Assembly: GCA_030688605.1 (NCBI GenBank)
Contig: JAUYJB010000034.1
Span: forward strand, 113 to 64,112
Length of the DNA stretch: 64,000 nucleotides
From: Hyphomicrobiales bacterium
GTDB taxonomy: Bacteria > Pseudomonadota > Alphaproteobacteria > Rhizobiales > NORP267
Direction of reading: 5' to 3'
Shown: piece after piece, positions 17,822 to 29,200 of the stretch
Layout of the letters: the number at the start of each line of letters is the position of its first letter
Numbering within the stretch: position 1 is the stretch's first letter
Translations under genes and position numbers: made by a program
Notes under the pieces: generated by a model
The model's database searches: none
What the model was told of the DNA's origin: nothing
What the model saw: only the letters and a program-made list of their open reading frames with translations

Positions 17822-17850
17822 GAACGCGAACGGAACGCGAACAGAACGCG
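17822..17850. repeat. Tandem repeat (GAACGCGAACR) x ~2.6
   Basis: The sequence reads GAACGCGAACG GAACGCGAACA GAACGCG directly, starting 5 nt after the phaZ stop. Confidence 0.7.
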
Positions 17851-17867
17851 GCCGGCGCGACTCCGGC

Positions 17868-17917
17868 GGAAACTTGCGGAAACTTGCGGAAACTTGCGGA
17901 AACTTGCGGAAACTTGC
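17868..17917. repeat. Perfect tandem repeat (GGAAACTTGC) x 5
   Basis: Five identical 10-bp units are read directly. They lie 80 nt upstream of the DUF45/M48 start at 17997. Confidence 0.95.
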
Positions 17918-17996
17918 CGGCATCCCGGCGGGCGAGACCTGGTCGAGAGGCGGACGGAAGGCGGAATTCTCGGGGCGAAACCGGGCCTTCCGTGGC

Positions 17997-18779
17997 ATGG
18001 TGGGGGCGATGACGGAAGCTGATTCCCGCCCGCCAAGAACCTCCGCCGGCGGCGACGGGTTCGAGATCGACATCGACGGGGCGCCCGTCCGCGTCACCCT
18101 GATTCGCCGTGCAGGCGCAAGGCGTTACGTGTTGCGCGTGCGCGCCGGCGATGTGCGCCTGACGGTGCCGTCGCGCGGCACCCACCATGAGGCCCGCGCC
18201 TTCGCCGAGCGCCAGCGCGACTGGATCAAGACCAGGCTTGAGCGCCTGCCCGAACCGGTGCGGTTCGAGGATGGGGCGGTGATTCCCCTGCGCGGTCAAC
18301 CCCATACGATCGAGCACCGGGAACAGGCGCGCGGCGTGGTGTGGGTCGAGCCGGGCGCGGCCGACCCGCTTCTTCCCGAGGATGCCTTGCCTCGCCTGTG
18401 TGTTTCCGGCCGACATTCTCATCTTCGCCGCCGCTTGCGCGACTGGCTGGAGGCGGAAGCGCACAGGATGCTGTCGAAGCATGTCCGCGTCTATGCGGGC
18501 CGCCTCGGCATCACCGTCAAGCGTATTTCCATCCGCGACCAGAAGAGCCGCTGGGGCGCCTGCTCGGCAAGCGGCACGCTGACTTTTTCCTGGCGGCTGA
18601 TTCTGGCTCCCGACTTCGTCATCTCCTATCTCGCCGCGCATGAGGTCGTACATCTGAAGGAGATGAACCATTCGGCACGTTATTGGCGTACGCTGCGGGC
18701 GCTATGCGCCGATACCGACCGCGCCGAAGTTTGGCTGCGCGCCCATGGCGGCGCGCTGCACCGCTACGATCCGAGCTAG
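17997..18779 (+). CDS. YgjP-like metal-dependent hydrolase (DUF45 / M48-family metallopeptidase-like)
   Basis: Motifs HEVVHLKEMNH (HExxH) and SRWGACS...SWRL are typical of DUF45. ATG at 17997 or 18009. The 554-aa ORF in the track is an artefactual extension. Confidence 0.8.
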   Translation: MVGAMTEADSRPPRTSAGGDGFEIDIDGAPVRVTLIRRAGARRYVLRVRAGDVRLTVPSRGTHHEARAFAERQRDWIKTRLERLPEPVRFEDGAVIPLRGQPHTIEHREQARGVVWVEPGAADPLLPEDALPRLCVSGRHSHLRRRLRDWLEAEAHRMLSKHVRVYAGRLGITVKRISIRDQKSRWGACSASGTLTFSWRLILAPDFVISYLAAHEVVHLKEMNHSARYWRTLRALCADTDRAEVWLRAHGGALHRYDPS

Positions 18780-20842
18780 CCCCCGAAAATGCGCTTCAGG
18801 AAACTGCCGTCGAGGGAAAAGCCGCTTCCCTCTTGGCGTGGCGCGGCTTCAGGCGACAGCGGCCGGGCGGCATCGTCACGCCTGCCGACGGCGGCGAGCG
18901 GAGGGGCACGGTCGGGATTGCGCCAATAGTTGCCGGGCAGCGGCACCGGATTCAATCCCTGATGCACGGCGACCATGAAGCGATTCCAGGCCATGGCCGG
19001 CAGGCTGCCGCCGGTGACCCGCTTCATCGGCGTGCCGTCATCGTTGCCGATCCACACCCCGGCGGTTAGCCGCGCCGTGTAGCCAATGAACCAGGCATCG
19101 CGCCAATCCTGGGTGGTGCCGGTCTTGCCGGCTGCAGGCCACGTGCCCAAGGCGGCGCGCTGGGCGGTGCCGGAGTTCAGCGCCGCCTGAAGCATGTGGT
19201 TCATCGCACCGACGTCCTCACGCCGCACCACGCGCCCGGGACCGGAGCCTGAGCGCTGATAGAGGAGCTTGCCGTCGGCCGTGCGCACGCGCTCGATCAC
19301 ATGCGGGAGGACGCCAAAGCCGCCGTTTGAAAACGGCACATAGGCGCCGGTCAGCTCCAGCAGGCTGACCTCCGAGGTGCCAAGTGCGATCGACAGATTG
19401 CGACTGATCGGCGCGGTGATGCCAAGCCGTCGCGCCGTATCGGTGATGCTCTTGACGCCGACCTCATTGGCAAGCCGCGCCGCGACCGTGTTGAGCGAGT
19501 TGGTCAGGCCTTCACGCAGGGTGACGGGCCCGCGATATTTGTCGTCGTAGTTTTTGGGCGACCAGTTGGCGAATTTCACCGGTGCATCGAGGCGCACCGT
19601 ATCCGGCGTCAGCCCGCGTTCGAGCGCTGCGAGATAGATGAACGGCTTGAAGGCCGAGCCCGGCTGGCGAAAAGCCTTGGTGGCGCGGTTGAACTGGCTT
19701 TCGAAATAGGAGCGCCCGCCCACTAGCGCCTTTACGGCGCCGTTGGGATCGATGGCGACAACGGCGCCCTGGCTGGCCCCGAGGGAGCTGCCCTGTTCGT
19801 CGAGCACGCTGGTAAGGGCCGCCTCCGCGTCCGCCTGAAGCTTGGGGTCGATGGTCGTCTCGACGACTATGTCGGTCGCGGGTTGGCCGATGAATCCCGG
19901 CAACTGGTCGGCGATCCAGTCGGCGGCATAGTCGATGGCGCCGAGGGCATTCGGGTGCCTGACCGCGGCCGGGTGGGCGATTGCGGCGAGACCCTCCGAG
20001 GGGGAGATGAAGCCGACGGCAACCATGCGTTCGATGACGAGGCTGGCGCGGTCCTCGGCCAGTCCCGGGTTGCGTGTCGGCGCGTAGCGCGCCGGCGCCT
20101 TGAGCAGACCGGCGAGGACTGCTGCTTGCGGCAAAGTCGCCTGTCGCGCGGATTTTCCGAAAAATCGCTGGGCGGCGGCCTCAACGCCGTAGGTGCCGGC
20201 GCCGAAATAGACCCGGTTGAGATAGAGCTCAAGGATCTGGTCCTTGGAATAGTGCCACTCCAGCCAGAGCGCGAGAATCATCTCCTGGACCTTGCGGCGC
20301 AGAGTTCTGTCCGGTTCCAGAAACAGGTTCTTGGCGAGTTGCTGGGTCAGCGTCGAGCCGCCCTCGACGATGCGTCCGGCGCGCAGATTGTGGATCGTCG
20401 CGCGTATCAGTCCGATCGGGTCGACGCCGGGATGCCAGCGGAAGCGGCGGTCCTCCACCGCGATGATCGCTTGCGGCAGATAGACGGGCAGCTCGCGCAG
20501 CCGCACGTCGCGACTTGGGCCGGTGCCGCGCGTCGCCAGCGTCTCGCCGGTTGCTGCGACCATGACGATGTTGGGGGTGCGGGCCGGAATCTTCAGGTCG
20601 GCAATCGGCGGCAGGCTGGCACCGTAATAAAGCGTAATGCCGCCGAATATGAGGGCGGCCCAAACCGCGGTTACGGTGCCCCAATAGACGAGACGCCGCA
20701 CGAGCCGCTGCAGAAGGTTGCCCCGGACCCGCCCGCGCACCGGCCTTTGGCCGCGCCGTCCGCCGCGCTTCGGCGCAGATTCGAATGTTGGCTCGATGCG
20801 TACCCTATTGCGGCCCCTGCGCGTATTGCGCCGTCTGAACAT
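18776..20842 (-). CDS. mrcA: Penicillin-binding protein 1A family (bifunctional glycosyltransferase/transpeptidase)
   Basis: GT51 motifs EDRRF, GGSTLTQQ and RKxxE. Transpeptidase motifs SAFKP (SxxK), SLN and KTGTT. Start at MFRRRN (20842). Confidence 0.85.
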   Translation of the reverse strand: MFRRRNTRRGRNRVRIEPTFESAPKRGGRRGQRPVRGRVRGNLLQRLVRRLVYWGTVTAVWAALIFGGITLYYGASLPPIADLKIPARTPNIVMVAATGETLATRGTGPSRDVRLRELPVYLPQAIIAVEDRRFRWHPGVDPIGLIRATIHNLRAGRIVEGGSTLTQQLAKNLFLEPDRTLRRKVQEMILALWLEWHYSKDQILELYLNRVYFGAGTYGVEAAAQRFFGKSARQATLPQAAVLAGLLKAPARYAPTRNPGLAEDRASLVIERMVAVGFISPSEGLAAIAHPAAVRHPNALGAIDYAADWIADQLPGFIGQPATDIVVETTIDPKLQADAEAALTSVLDEQGSSLGASQGAVVAIDPNGAVKALVGGRSYFESQFNRATKAFRQPGSAFKPFIYLAALERGLTPDTVRLDAPVKFANWSPKNYDDKYRGPVTLREGLTNSLNTVAARLANEVGVKSITDTARRLGITAPISRNLSIALGTSEVSLLELTGAYVPFSNGGFGVLPHVIERVRTADGKLLYQRSGSGPGRVVRREDVGAMNHMLQAALNSGTAQRAALGTWPAAGKTGTTQDWRDAWFIGYTARLTAGVWIGNDDGTPMKRVTGGSLPAMAWNRFMVAVHQGLNPVPLPGNYWRNPDRAPPLAAVGRRDDAARPLSPEAAPRQEGSGFSLDGSFLKRIFGG

Positions 20843-20975
20843 CGCCCTTTTCCGGCCGCAAGCGGCTTTCCGGCTCGATTGAAGAGTATTCCCACCCGCG
20901 CACGCCATTACAGGCGGGCGCTGGTCCCTCAATCAAGGCTAAATGCGGCGATTTAATGGGGGGTTAAGCCTTGGA

Positions 20976-21252
20976 CCTCCTCCCCCCTTGTGGGGGAGGA
21001 AGGAAAATCTTGCGCTTTGGCGACGCGCATGCGGCGCCAAGCGTTAGATTTTCCAGGAGGGGGGTGAAGCCTGCCCCCCCTCTTGCAAAATTCAAGGGTT
21101 AGCCTCGCTTAAGCTCGGCTAACACCTTGATTTTGCTTTCTCCCCCGCCAAGGGGGAGACAGGTGAAGGGTGGGGATCGGCCGCTCCGCCCCGGTGTTGC
21201 TTAGAGCCATCGCCGCAACACCCAATCCACCTTTTCCCACCGGGGAGAGGTG
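20976..21252. repeat. Array of at least six consecutive stem-loops (REP/RIME-like intergenic element cluster)
   Basis: Hairpins read directly are listed here. 20976-21003: CCTCCCCCC/GGGGGAGG. 21004-21052: AAAATCTTGCGC...GCGTTAGATTTT. 21053-21085: GAGGGGGG/CCCCCCTC. 21085-21136: GCAAAATTCAAGGGTTAGCC/GGCTAACACCTTGATTTTGC. 21139-21159: TCTCCCCC/GGGGGAGA. 21227-21252: imperfect. Confidence 0.6.
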
Positions 21253-21339
21253 CAGAATTGCCTTGCTACGACCATTCACGCAAACGGCGTTTGAACAACG
21301 TGCTAAACGCCGAGATTGACGGTCGTTACGCTGTCGCCT

Positions 21340-21639
21340 TCAAGCAGCGGATACAATGGCTTGGATGCTCCTGAGGCGACGCCCGCTCGCCTTCCGAGCC
21401 GTTCCAAGATCATAGGCCGATTGCAAGTTCAGCCAATATTCCGGCGACTGGTCGAACGCCTTGCCGAACAACAGCGCCAGTTCGGCCGTTACCGGCCGCC
21501 TGCCCTTGATGATGTGCGAGACGCGCATGGGCGAAACCCCGATGGCGCGCGCGAATGCTGCCTGGGACATTCCAAGTTCGCCGAGAATCTCCGCAAGGAA
21601 TTCTCCGGGATGGATCAGGGGAAGTCCGTTCTTGGGCAT
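21340..21639 (-). CDS. higA: HigA-family antitoxin (XRE-type HTH)
   Basis: MPKNGLPLIHPGEFLAEIL...MSQAAFARAIGVSPMRVSHII is a typical HigA/VapI HTH. The ATG at 21639 lies 12 nt after the higB stop. Confidence 0.85.
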   Translation of the reverse strand: MPKNGLPLIHPGEFLAEILGELGMSQAAFARAIGVSPMRVSHIIKGRRPVTAELALLFGKAFDQSPEYWLNLQSAYDLGTARKASGRRLRSIQAIVSAA

Positions 21640-21651
21640 GACAAACACTCG

Positions 21652-21933
21652 TCAGTGATAATCCACGATTTCGACATCGGCGGCGTCGCCATCCTCCCAG
21701 CGGAAGCAGACTCGCCACTGGTTGTTGATCCGAATGCTGTATTGGCCGGCGCGGTTGCCCCTCAAGGCTTCAAGACGGTTGGACGGCGGCATTCTCATGT
21801 CATCGATCCGGGTGGCGGCGTTCAACTGCTTCAACCGCAAGGCCGCCCGCCTGAGTATCTTGCGCGCCAACTTGCGCGATTTTCCGGTCATGAAAAACCG
21901 CCCGGTTTCCGCGTCGGCAAACGACCGGATCAT
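21652..21933 (-). CDS. higB: HigB toxin (RelE/ParE superfamily, plasmid maintenance system killer)
   Basis: 92 aa. MIRSFADAETGRFF...LEALRGNRAGQYSIRINNQWRVCFRW matches the HigB family pattern. The toxin-first order is typical of higBA. Confidence 0.85.
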   Translation of the reverse strand: MIRSFADAETGRFFMTGKSRKLARKILRRAALRLKQLNAATRIDDMRMPPSNRLEALRGNRAGQYSIRINNQWRVCFRWEDGDAADVEIVDYH

Positions 21934-21944
21934 ATACCCCTATG

Positions 21945-21959
21945 TAAACAAAATGTTTA
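21945..21959. promoter_or_regulatory. Palindrome TAAACA-AAA-TGTTTA, candidate HigA operator in the higBA promoter
   Basis: A perfect 6-3-6 inverted repeat lies 12-26 nt upstream of the higB ATG. On the coding strand TTGACT (complement of 21964-21969) precedes it by a spacing that places the palindrome in the -35/-10 spacer. Confidence 0.5.
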
Positions 21960-22127
21960 TGACAGTCAAGGGGTGCAGGAAAGACACCCCGACCGACAAA
22001 AGTCGGTTTGTGGAGAACGGATTGCATAGTGCACTTCCTCTCAAGGAAGACGTGGCGACTTGCAACTTGAATCCAGCAGAAAATTCTGAAACTGGATGTG
22101 GCTGCGCCGCTTGATCTGCATTCCGAA

Positions 22128-24629
<2,502 letters not shown>

Positions 24630-24705
24630 TCATTGAACTTTTATAGCATTTTCCGCCACCCCGTACTGCCTAGATGGTGTTCCTGGAGGAAAGGTCAATC
24701 GGCGC

Positions 24706-25854
24706 TCAGGTAAGCCTTTTCAGCCGCCCTTCGGCGACCTGAAAAGTCTGGACGGCCTCAGCGAGGGAAGCGAAAATGACGCGTTCTGTCCCCGTCATCC
24801 AGGCCTGGGCGCCGAGTTCGCCAAGCTCGGCGAACAGTGCCTCGCGGCGGTCGCGATCGAGGTGGGCGGCGATTTCGTCGAGCAGCACCAGCGGCGTGCC
24901 ATGATCGTCAAGGGCGCTGATCAGGCGGGCATGGGCGAGAACCAGGCCGACCAGCATGATCTTCTGCTCGCCGGTCGAGCATAGTCGAGCCGGGCGCGCC
25001 TTGGGGCCGTAATAGACGATCAGGTCGCTGCGGTGGGGACCGGAAAGGGTGCGCTTGGCGGCGGCGTCTGCGCCACGCGCATCGGCGAGCGCTCCCCGGT
25101 AGCGGTCCTCCGCGTCGATCGCCGGCATGCTGGCAAGGTCGGTTTCGATGCTCCCTTCAAGAGCAAGGCGTCCTTGCGGAAATGGCCCCCTGCCGCCGCG
25201 CTCGCTCAGCACGCCCTGAAGGATCCGCACATAGTCGCGCCGGGCCGCGGCGATCGCTGCGCCGTGTTCGGCCATCTGTGCCTCAAGCCCGTCGAGCCAG
25301 CGCGCATCGGCGCCCGGCGCTTCCAGAAGCGCGTTTCTTTGGCGCATCGCGGTCTCGAATTGGCCGACGCGGCTGCGGTGGTTCGCGTCCATGGCCAGCA
25401 CCAGCCGGTCGAGAAAGCGGCGGCGCTCGCCGGCGGGACCGGTGAACAAGGAATCCATGGAAGGCGTCAGCCAGGCCATGCGGCAGATATGGGCAAGGTC
25501 GTTGACGGTGCGCGCCCGCCCGCCGTCGATGCGCACGTCACGGCTGGCGCGATCGTTTTGTCTCGGTTCCGCGCCGAGGCCGGTGCCAATCTCGCTCGTG
25601 CCGCTCGGCCCCTCGACGCGGGCGAAAACCGCCCAGCCGCCGGCGCCCCCATCACGCGCGATCTCCTCGTGGGTCGACCCGCGCAGGCCACGGCCCGGCA
25701 CTAGGAAAGAGATGGCCTCGAGCAGGTTGGTCTTGCCGGAGCCGTTGGCGCCGACCAGCACCACTGGCCGCGAGTCGAAGTCGAGGGACAGGCGCTCATA
25801 GTTGCGAAAGTCGGTCAGGCGCAGCCTTGAGAGCCAGTAAGCGTCAGTCGACAA
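24706..25854 (-). CDS. recF: DNA replication and repair protein RecF
   Basis: Walker A GANGSGKTNLLEAI, LTDFRNY near the N-terminus, and a signature-like SxGEQK (STGEQKIML). There is no ATG near the N-terminus, so TTG at 25854 was chosen. It lies just after the dnaN stop at 25859. Confidence 0.85.
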   Translation of the reverse strand: MSTDAYWLSRLRLTDFRNYERLSLDFDSRPVVLVGANGSGKTNLLEAISFLVPGRGLRGSTHEEIARDGGAGGWAVFARVEGPSGTSEIGTGLGAEPRQNDRASRDVRIDGGRARTVNDLAHICRMAWLTPSMDSLFTGPAGERRRFLDRLVLAMDANHRSRVGQFETAMRQRNALLEAPGADARWLDGLEAQMAEHGAAIAAARRDYVRILQGVLSERGGRGPFPQGRLALEGSIETDLASMPAIDAEDRYRGALADARGADAAAKRTLSGPHRSDLIVYYGPKARPARLCSTGEQKIMLVGLVLAHARLISALDDHGTPLVLLDEIAAHLDRDRREALFAELGELGAQAWMTGTERVIFASLAEAVQTFQVAEGRLKRLT

Positions 25855-25858
25855 GATT

Positions 25859-26977
25859 CTAGACGCGCATCGGCATGAGCACGTAAAGCGCCGCGTCGTC
25901 GCTGACGTCGCGGACCAGCGCCGGCGATCCCGGGTCGGCCATGTCGAAGCGCGCCATGTGATGGTCCAACTGTCCGGCGATGTCCAAAAGGTAGCGCGCG
26001 TTGAAGCCGATCTCGAGCGGCGCGCCGGCATAGTCGACCTCGAGCTCTTCGCTGGCGCTGCCGGAATCCGGATTGTTGACCGACAAGATCAGCTTCTCGC
26101 CCTCCAGATTGAGCTTCACGGCCCGGCCGCGTTCGCTCGATATGGTCGAGACCCGGTCGACGGCCTCGGCGAAACGCTCGCTATCGACGCTCAGGACCCT
26201 GTCGTTGCCTTGGGGAATGACACGGGCATAGTCGGGGAAGGTACCGTCTATCAGCTTCGAGGTCAGAACGATATTGTCGAAGGTAAAGCGCACCTTGGCG
26301 GCGGAGACCTCTACGGTGACGGCTTCCTCGGCGTCCTCGATGAGCTTGTGGAGTTGCTCGACCGTCTTGCGCGGAACGATGATGCCGGGCATGCCTTCCG
26401 CGCCGTCGGGCAGCGCCAGGTCGACGCAGGCAAGCCGATGCCCGTCGGTCGCAACCGCGCGCAGAACGCTCGTGCCGTTGCCGTCGGCCATGTGCAGATA
26501 GATACCATTGAGATAATAGCGCGTTTCCTCCGTCGACATGGCAAATCGCGTCTTATCGATGAGGCGCTTCAGGTCGGTGGCGCCGAGCACAAAGCGGTGC
26601 GAAAACGCGCCGGCGGCAAGGTCGGGAAAATCCTCCTTGCCGAGGGTCTGGAGGGTGAAGTTCGAGCGCCCGGTGCGCAGCGAAAGAGAAGCGCCGTCCG
26701 CGGCCGTCTCCAGCTCGATCTGGGCGCCTTCGGGAAACTTGCGCACGATGTCGTAGCACATATGCGCCGGAACCGTGGTCGCGCTGGGAGAGGCGACGTC
26801 TGCCGGTACCGTCTCTACCGCCTCGATATCGAGATCGGTTGCCTTGAGCTTGAGGGTGTTTCCGTCCGCTTCGATGAGAACGTTGGCGAGGATGGGAATC
26901 GTGTTGCGGCGCTCGACCACGCTCTGCACGTGGCTCAGAGACTTGAGAAGCGCGGCCCGTTCAATCGTCAATTTCAT
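25859..26977 (-). CDS. dnaN: DNA polymerase III beta sliding clamp
   Basis: MKLTIERAALLKSLSHVQSVVERRNTIPILANVLIEA is the canonical DnaN N-terminus. Length is 372 aa, positioned between dnaA and recF. Confidence 0.97.
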   Translation of the reverse strand: MKLTIERAALLKSLSHVQSVVERRNTIPILANVLIEADGNTLKLKATDLDIEAVETVPADVASPSATTVPAHMCYDIVRKFPEGAQIELETAADGASLSLRTGRSNFTLQTLGKEDFPDLAAGAFSHRFVLGATDLKRLIDKTRFAMSTEETRYYLNGIYLHMADGNGTSVLRAVATDGHRLACVDLALPDGAEGMPGIIVPRKTVEQLHKLIEDAEEAVTVEVSAAKVRFTFDNIVLTSKLIDGTFPDYARVIPQGNDRVLSVDSERFAEAVDRVSTISSERGRAVKLNLEGEKLILSVNNPDSGSASEELEVDYAGAPLEIGFNARYLLDIAGQLDHHMARFDMADPGSPALVRDVSDDAALYVLMPMRV

Positions 26978-27126
26978 GTCAAACCGTCATGTCAGGCGAA
27001 GAGGCGAGGAAATACGCGCCGCGGCCCTTCACACGCTCCCGCGGCCCGCAGGCTCAAGCAAATTGCCGTTCCCTCGCGCTCTTGGCAAGTCCGTTCGCCG
27101 AATTCATGCGCGGATCGCGCGGGCGT

Positions 27127-28665
27127 TCACTCCTCGACCATGCGCTTGAGCAGTTCGACCTCCTCGGCCAGCATCCGGTCCTCCTTGATCAGGCCTTCGA
27201 TCTTGCGCACGGCATGAAGCACGGTGGTGTGGTCGCGGCCGCCGAAGCGGCGGCCGATCTCGGGAAACGACCGGTCGGTCAGCGTCTTGGCAAGGTACAT
27301 GGAAATCTGCCGCGGACGTACGATGGAGCGGTTGCGCCGGCTGGATACGATGTCCTGGCGCGAGACGTTGAAATGCTTGGCGACGATCTTCTGAATGTGC
27401 TCGATGCGCACCCGCTTGGGCTCCTGCGACCTGACGAGATCGCGGATCGCGCGTTCGGCCATCTCGATGGTAATTTCTGCGTTGGTGAGCTGGTTGTGGG
27501 CGACGATGCGCGTAAAGGCGCCTTCCAGCTCGCGGCCGTTACCGGCGACCTGGTCGGCGACATAATCGAGCACCGCATCCGACACTTGCAGCGTCGGAAA
27601 CCGCCGCATCGCGGCCTCCAGCCTGGCGCGCAGGATCGACAGGCGGAGAGACCGGCCGAGCGGACGAATGTCGACGACAAGGCCTGCCGAAAGGCGAGAG
27701 CGCATGCGATCGTCGAGACTGTCCAGCTCGACCGGCGGTCGGTCCGCCGCGACGACTACCTGGCGGCCGTTTTCCATCAATGCGTTGAGGGTGTGGCAGA
27801 ACTCCTGCTGGATCGATTTGCCCTGCAGAAACTGCATATCGTCGATCAGGAGCAAATCGATGCCCCTTAAGTGATCCTTGAAAGCAAGCGTGTCCTGCGC
27901 CTTGAGTGCCGCGACGAAGCGGTACATGAAGCGCTCCGCGGTGAGATAGAGAATCCGGTCGGGCCGGCGCCGTTGCCGCGATTCCCAAGCGATCGCTTGC
28001 AACAGATGGGTCTTGCCGAGACCGACGGCGGAGTGCACGAACAGGATATTGAAGCCGGTGCCGTTTGAGGAGTCGGAAGCGGCGATCTGGGTGGCGGCGG
28101 CGTGGGCAAGCGCATTCGACGGGCCGACGATAAAGCTGTCGAAGCTGTAGCGCGGATCAAGCGGCGAGCCGATGGCGTGCGCGCGACCGTCGCTGAAGAC
28201 GGTCGGTGAAAATGCCGTCGCCCCGCGCACCGCGCCGCGACCCGCGCGTCCCGCGGCAAGCAGATCCGGCTGACCGCTGGATGGCGGCAATGCGCCGTTG
28301 CGGCTGCGGCCGGCGCTGCTGAGGGCCGGTCCGCGCACGCTCAACTCGATGCGCGCGACGCGCTCTTCCTCATTTTGCCACAGGGCGAGAAGCCGGTCCA
28401 GATAGTGGGCACCAATCCAGCTTTTCAGGAACCGCGTGGGAACCGACAGATGAACCGTCTTGCCCGACATGCCTTCCGGCGTCACGCGCGCAAACCAGCT
28501 CGAATAGACGTCCTCGCCAAGCTCGACGCAAAGCCGCTTCCCGACCCGTCGCCACGTGGCCTCAAGTCCGCTATCGTCCTTCGGCCGATCATGGAAATCG
28601 CTGTTGGAGGCCGTCGCAGTCGCCGGAGGCTCGATTGTCTGCGCTTGATTATCGTTATCCCGCAT
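27127..28665 (-). CDS. dnaA: Chromosomal replication initiator DnaA
   Basis: AAA+ Walker A GLGKTHLLQAI, Walker B LLIDDMQF, and the C-terminal DNA-binding signature GGRDHTTVLHAVRKI. Confidence 0.97.
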   Translation of the reverse strand: MRDNDNQAQTIEPPATATASNSDFHDRPKDDSGLEATWRRVGKRLCVELGEDVYSSWFARVTPEGMSGKTVHLSVPTRFLKSWIGAHYLDRLLALWQNEEERVARIELSVRGPALSSAGRSRNGALPPSSGQPDLLAAGRAGRGAVRGATAFSPTVFSDGRAHAIGSPLDPRYSFDSFIVGPSNALAHAAATQIAASDSSNGTGFNILFVHSAVGLGKTHLLQAIAWESRQRRRPDRILYLTAERFMYRFVAALKAQDTLAFKDHLRGIDLLLIDDMQFLQGKSIQQEFCHTLNALMENGRQVVVAADRPPVELDSLDDRMRSRLSAGLVVDIRPLGRSLRLSILRARLEAAMRRFPTLQVSDAVLDYVADQVAGNGRELEGAFTRIVAHNQLTNAEITIEMAERAIRDLVRSQEPKRVRIEHIQKIVAKHFNVSRQDIVSSRRNRSIVRPRQISMYLAKTLTDRSFPEIGRRFGGRDHTTVLHAVRKIEGLIKEDRMLAEEVELLKRMVEE

Positions 28666-28753
28666 CCCGAAAGTCTCCTCGTCTCCGTGGTTTCGGACCG
28701 GCTTATTTTGCGCCGCAAATCAAAACTCGCTGCTACTTACTTGGCACTCCATT

Positions 28754-29200
28754 TCATGATTGAACCCAGGGTAAATTCTCCGCCTTCCATCCCCGCAGCC
28801 GACCGCGGTGGCGATCAGCGTCGAGGCCACCCTCGAAACCGCCGGCGATGTTGTAACAACGGTCACGACCGGCGGCAGTAACGGCGCGCGCAGCGGCGGC
28901 GCTACGCACACCCGAGCGACACAGGAACAAGAGCGGTTCATCCGCGCCGACACCACGCCGCGACAGCTCCGCCAGCAAAGTATCGACAAATTCCGGATTG
29001 ACCTGCCTGTCAGGAAAGCTTTGCCATTCAAGAAGAACGGCATCCTTTCCAAGGACACCTAGATCAACGGTGCCAACATAGGACCACTCGGCGCGCGTAC
29101 GCACGTCGATCAACGTCGCATCCGGTGTTTCGTTGAGCAAGTCCCACGCTTGACGCGCAGACAAATCGCCGGAATAAGTCTGATCGCTTCCCCCATTCAT
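28754..29200 (-). CDS. Rhodanese-like domain protein (sulfurtransferase)
   Basis: The active-site loop CRSGVRS and the surrounding LIDVRT...EW pattern are present. Length is 148 aa. Confidence 0.8.
   Translation of the reverse strand: MNGGSDQTYSGDLSARQAWDLLNETPDATLIDVRTRAEWSYVGTVDLGVLGKDAVLLEWQSFPDRQVNPEFVDTLLAELSRRGVGADEPLLFLCRSGVRSAAAARAVTAAGRDRCYNIAGGFEGGLDADRHRGRLRGWKAENLPWVQS

Noticed and set aside
17868-17917. Possible CRISPR array
   Set aside because: The 10-bp units are directly abutting with no spacers, the unit is far too short, and there are no cas genes. It is a simple tandem repeat.
17115-18779. 554-aa + strand ORF spanning the phaZ 3-prime half, the tandem repeats and the DUF45 gene
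   Set aside because: Only the last ~260 codons (from 17997) look like a real protein (HExxH, DUF45). The upstream part is out of frame within phaZ and reads through the 10-bp repeat array.
18776-18779. Four-nucleotide convergent overlap (CTAG) of the DUF45 and PBP1A stop codons
   Set aside because: The overlap is real in the sequence, but it is a trivial consequence of a palindromic TAG/CTA. It carries no evident functional implication beyond the absence of a shared terminator.
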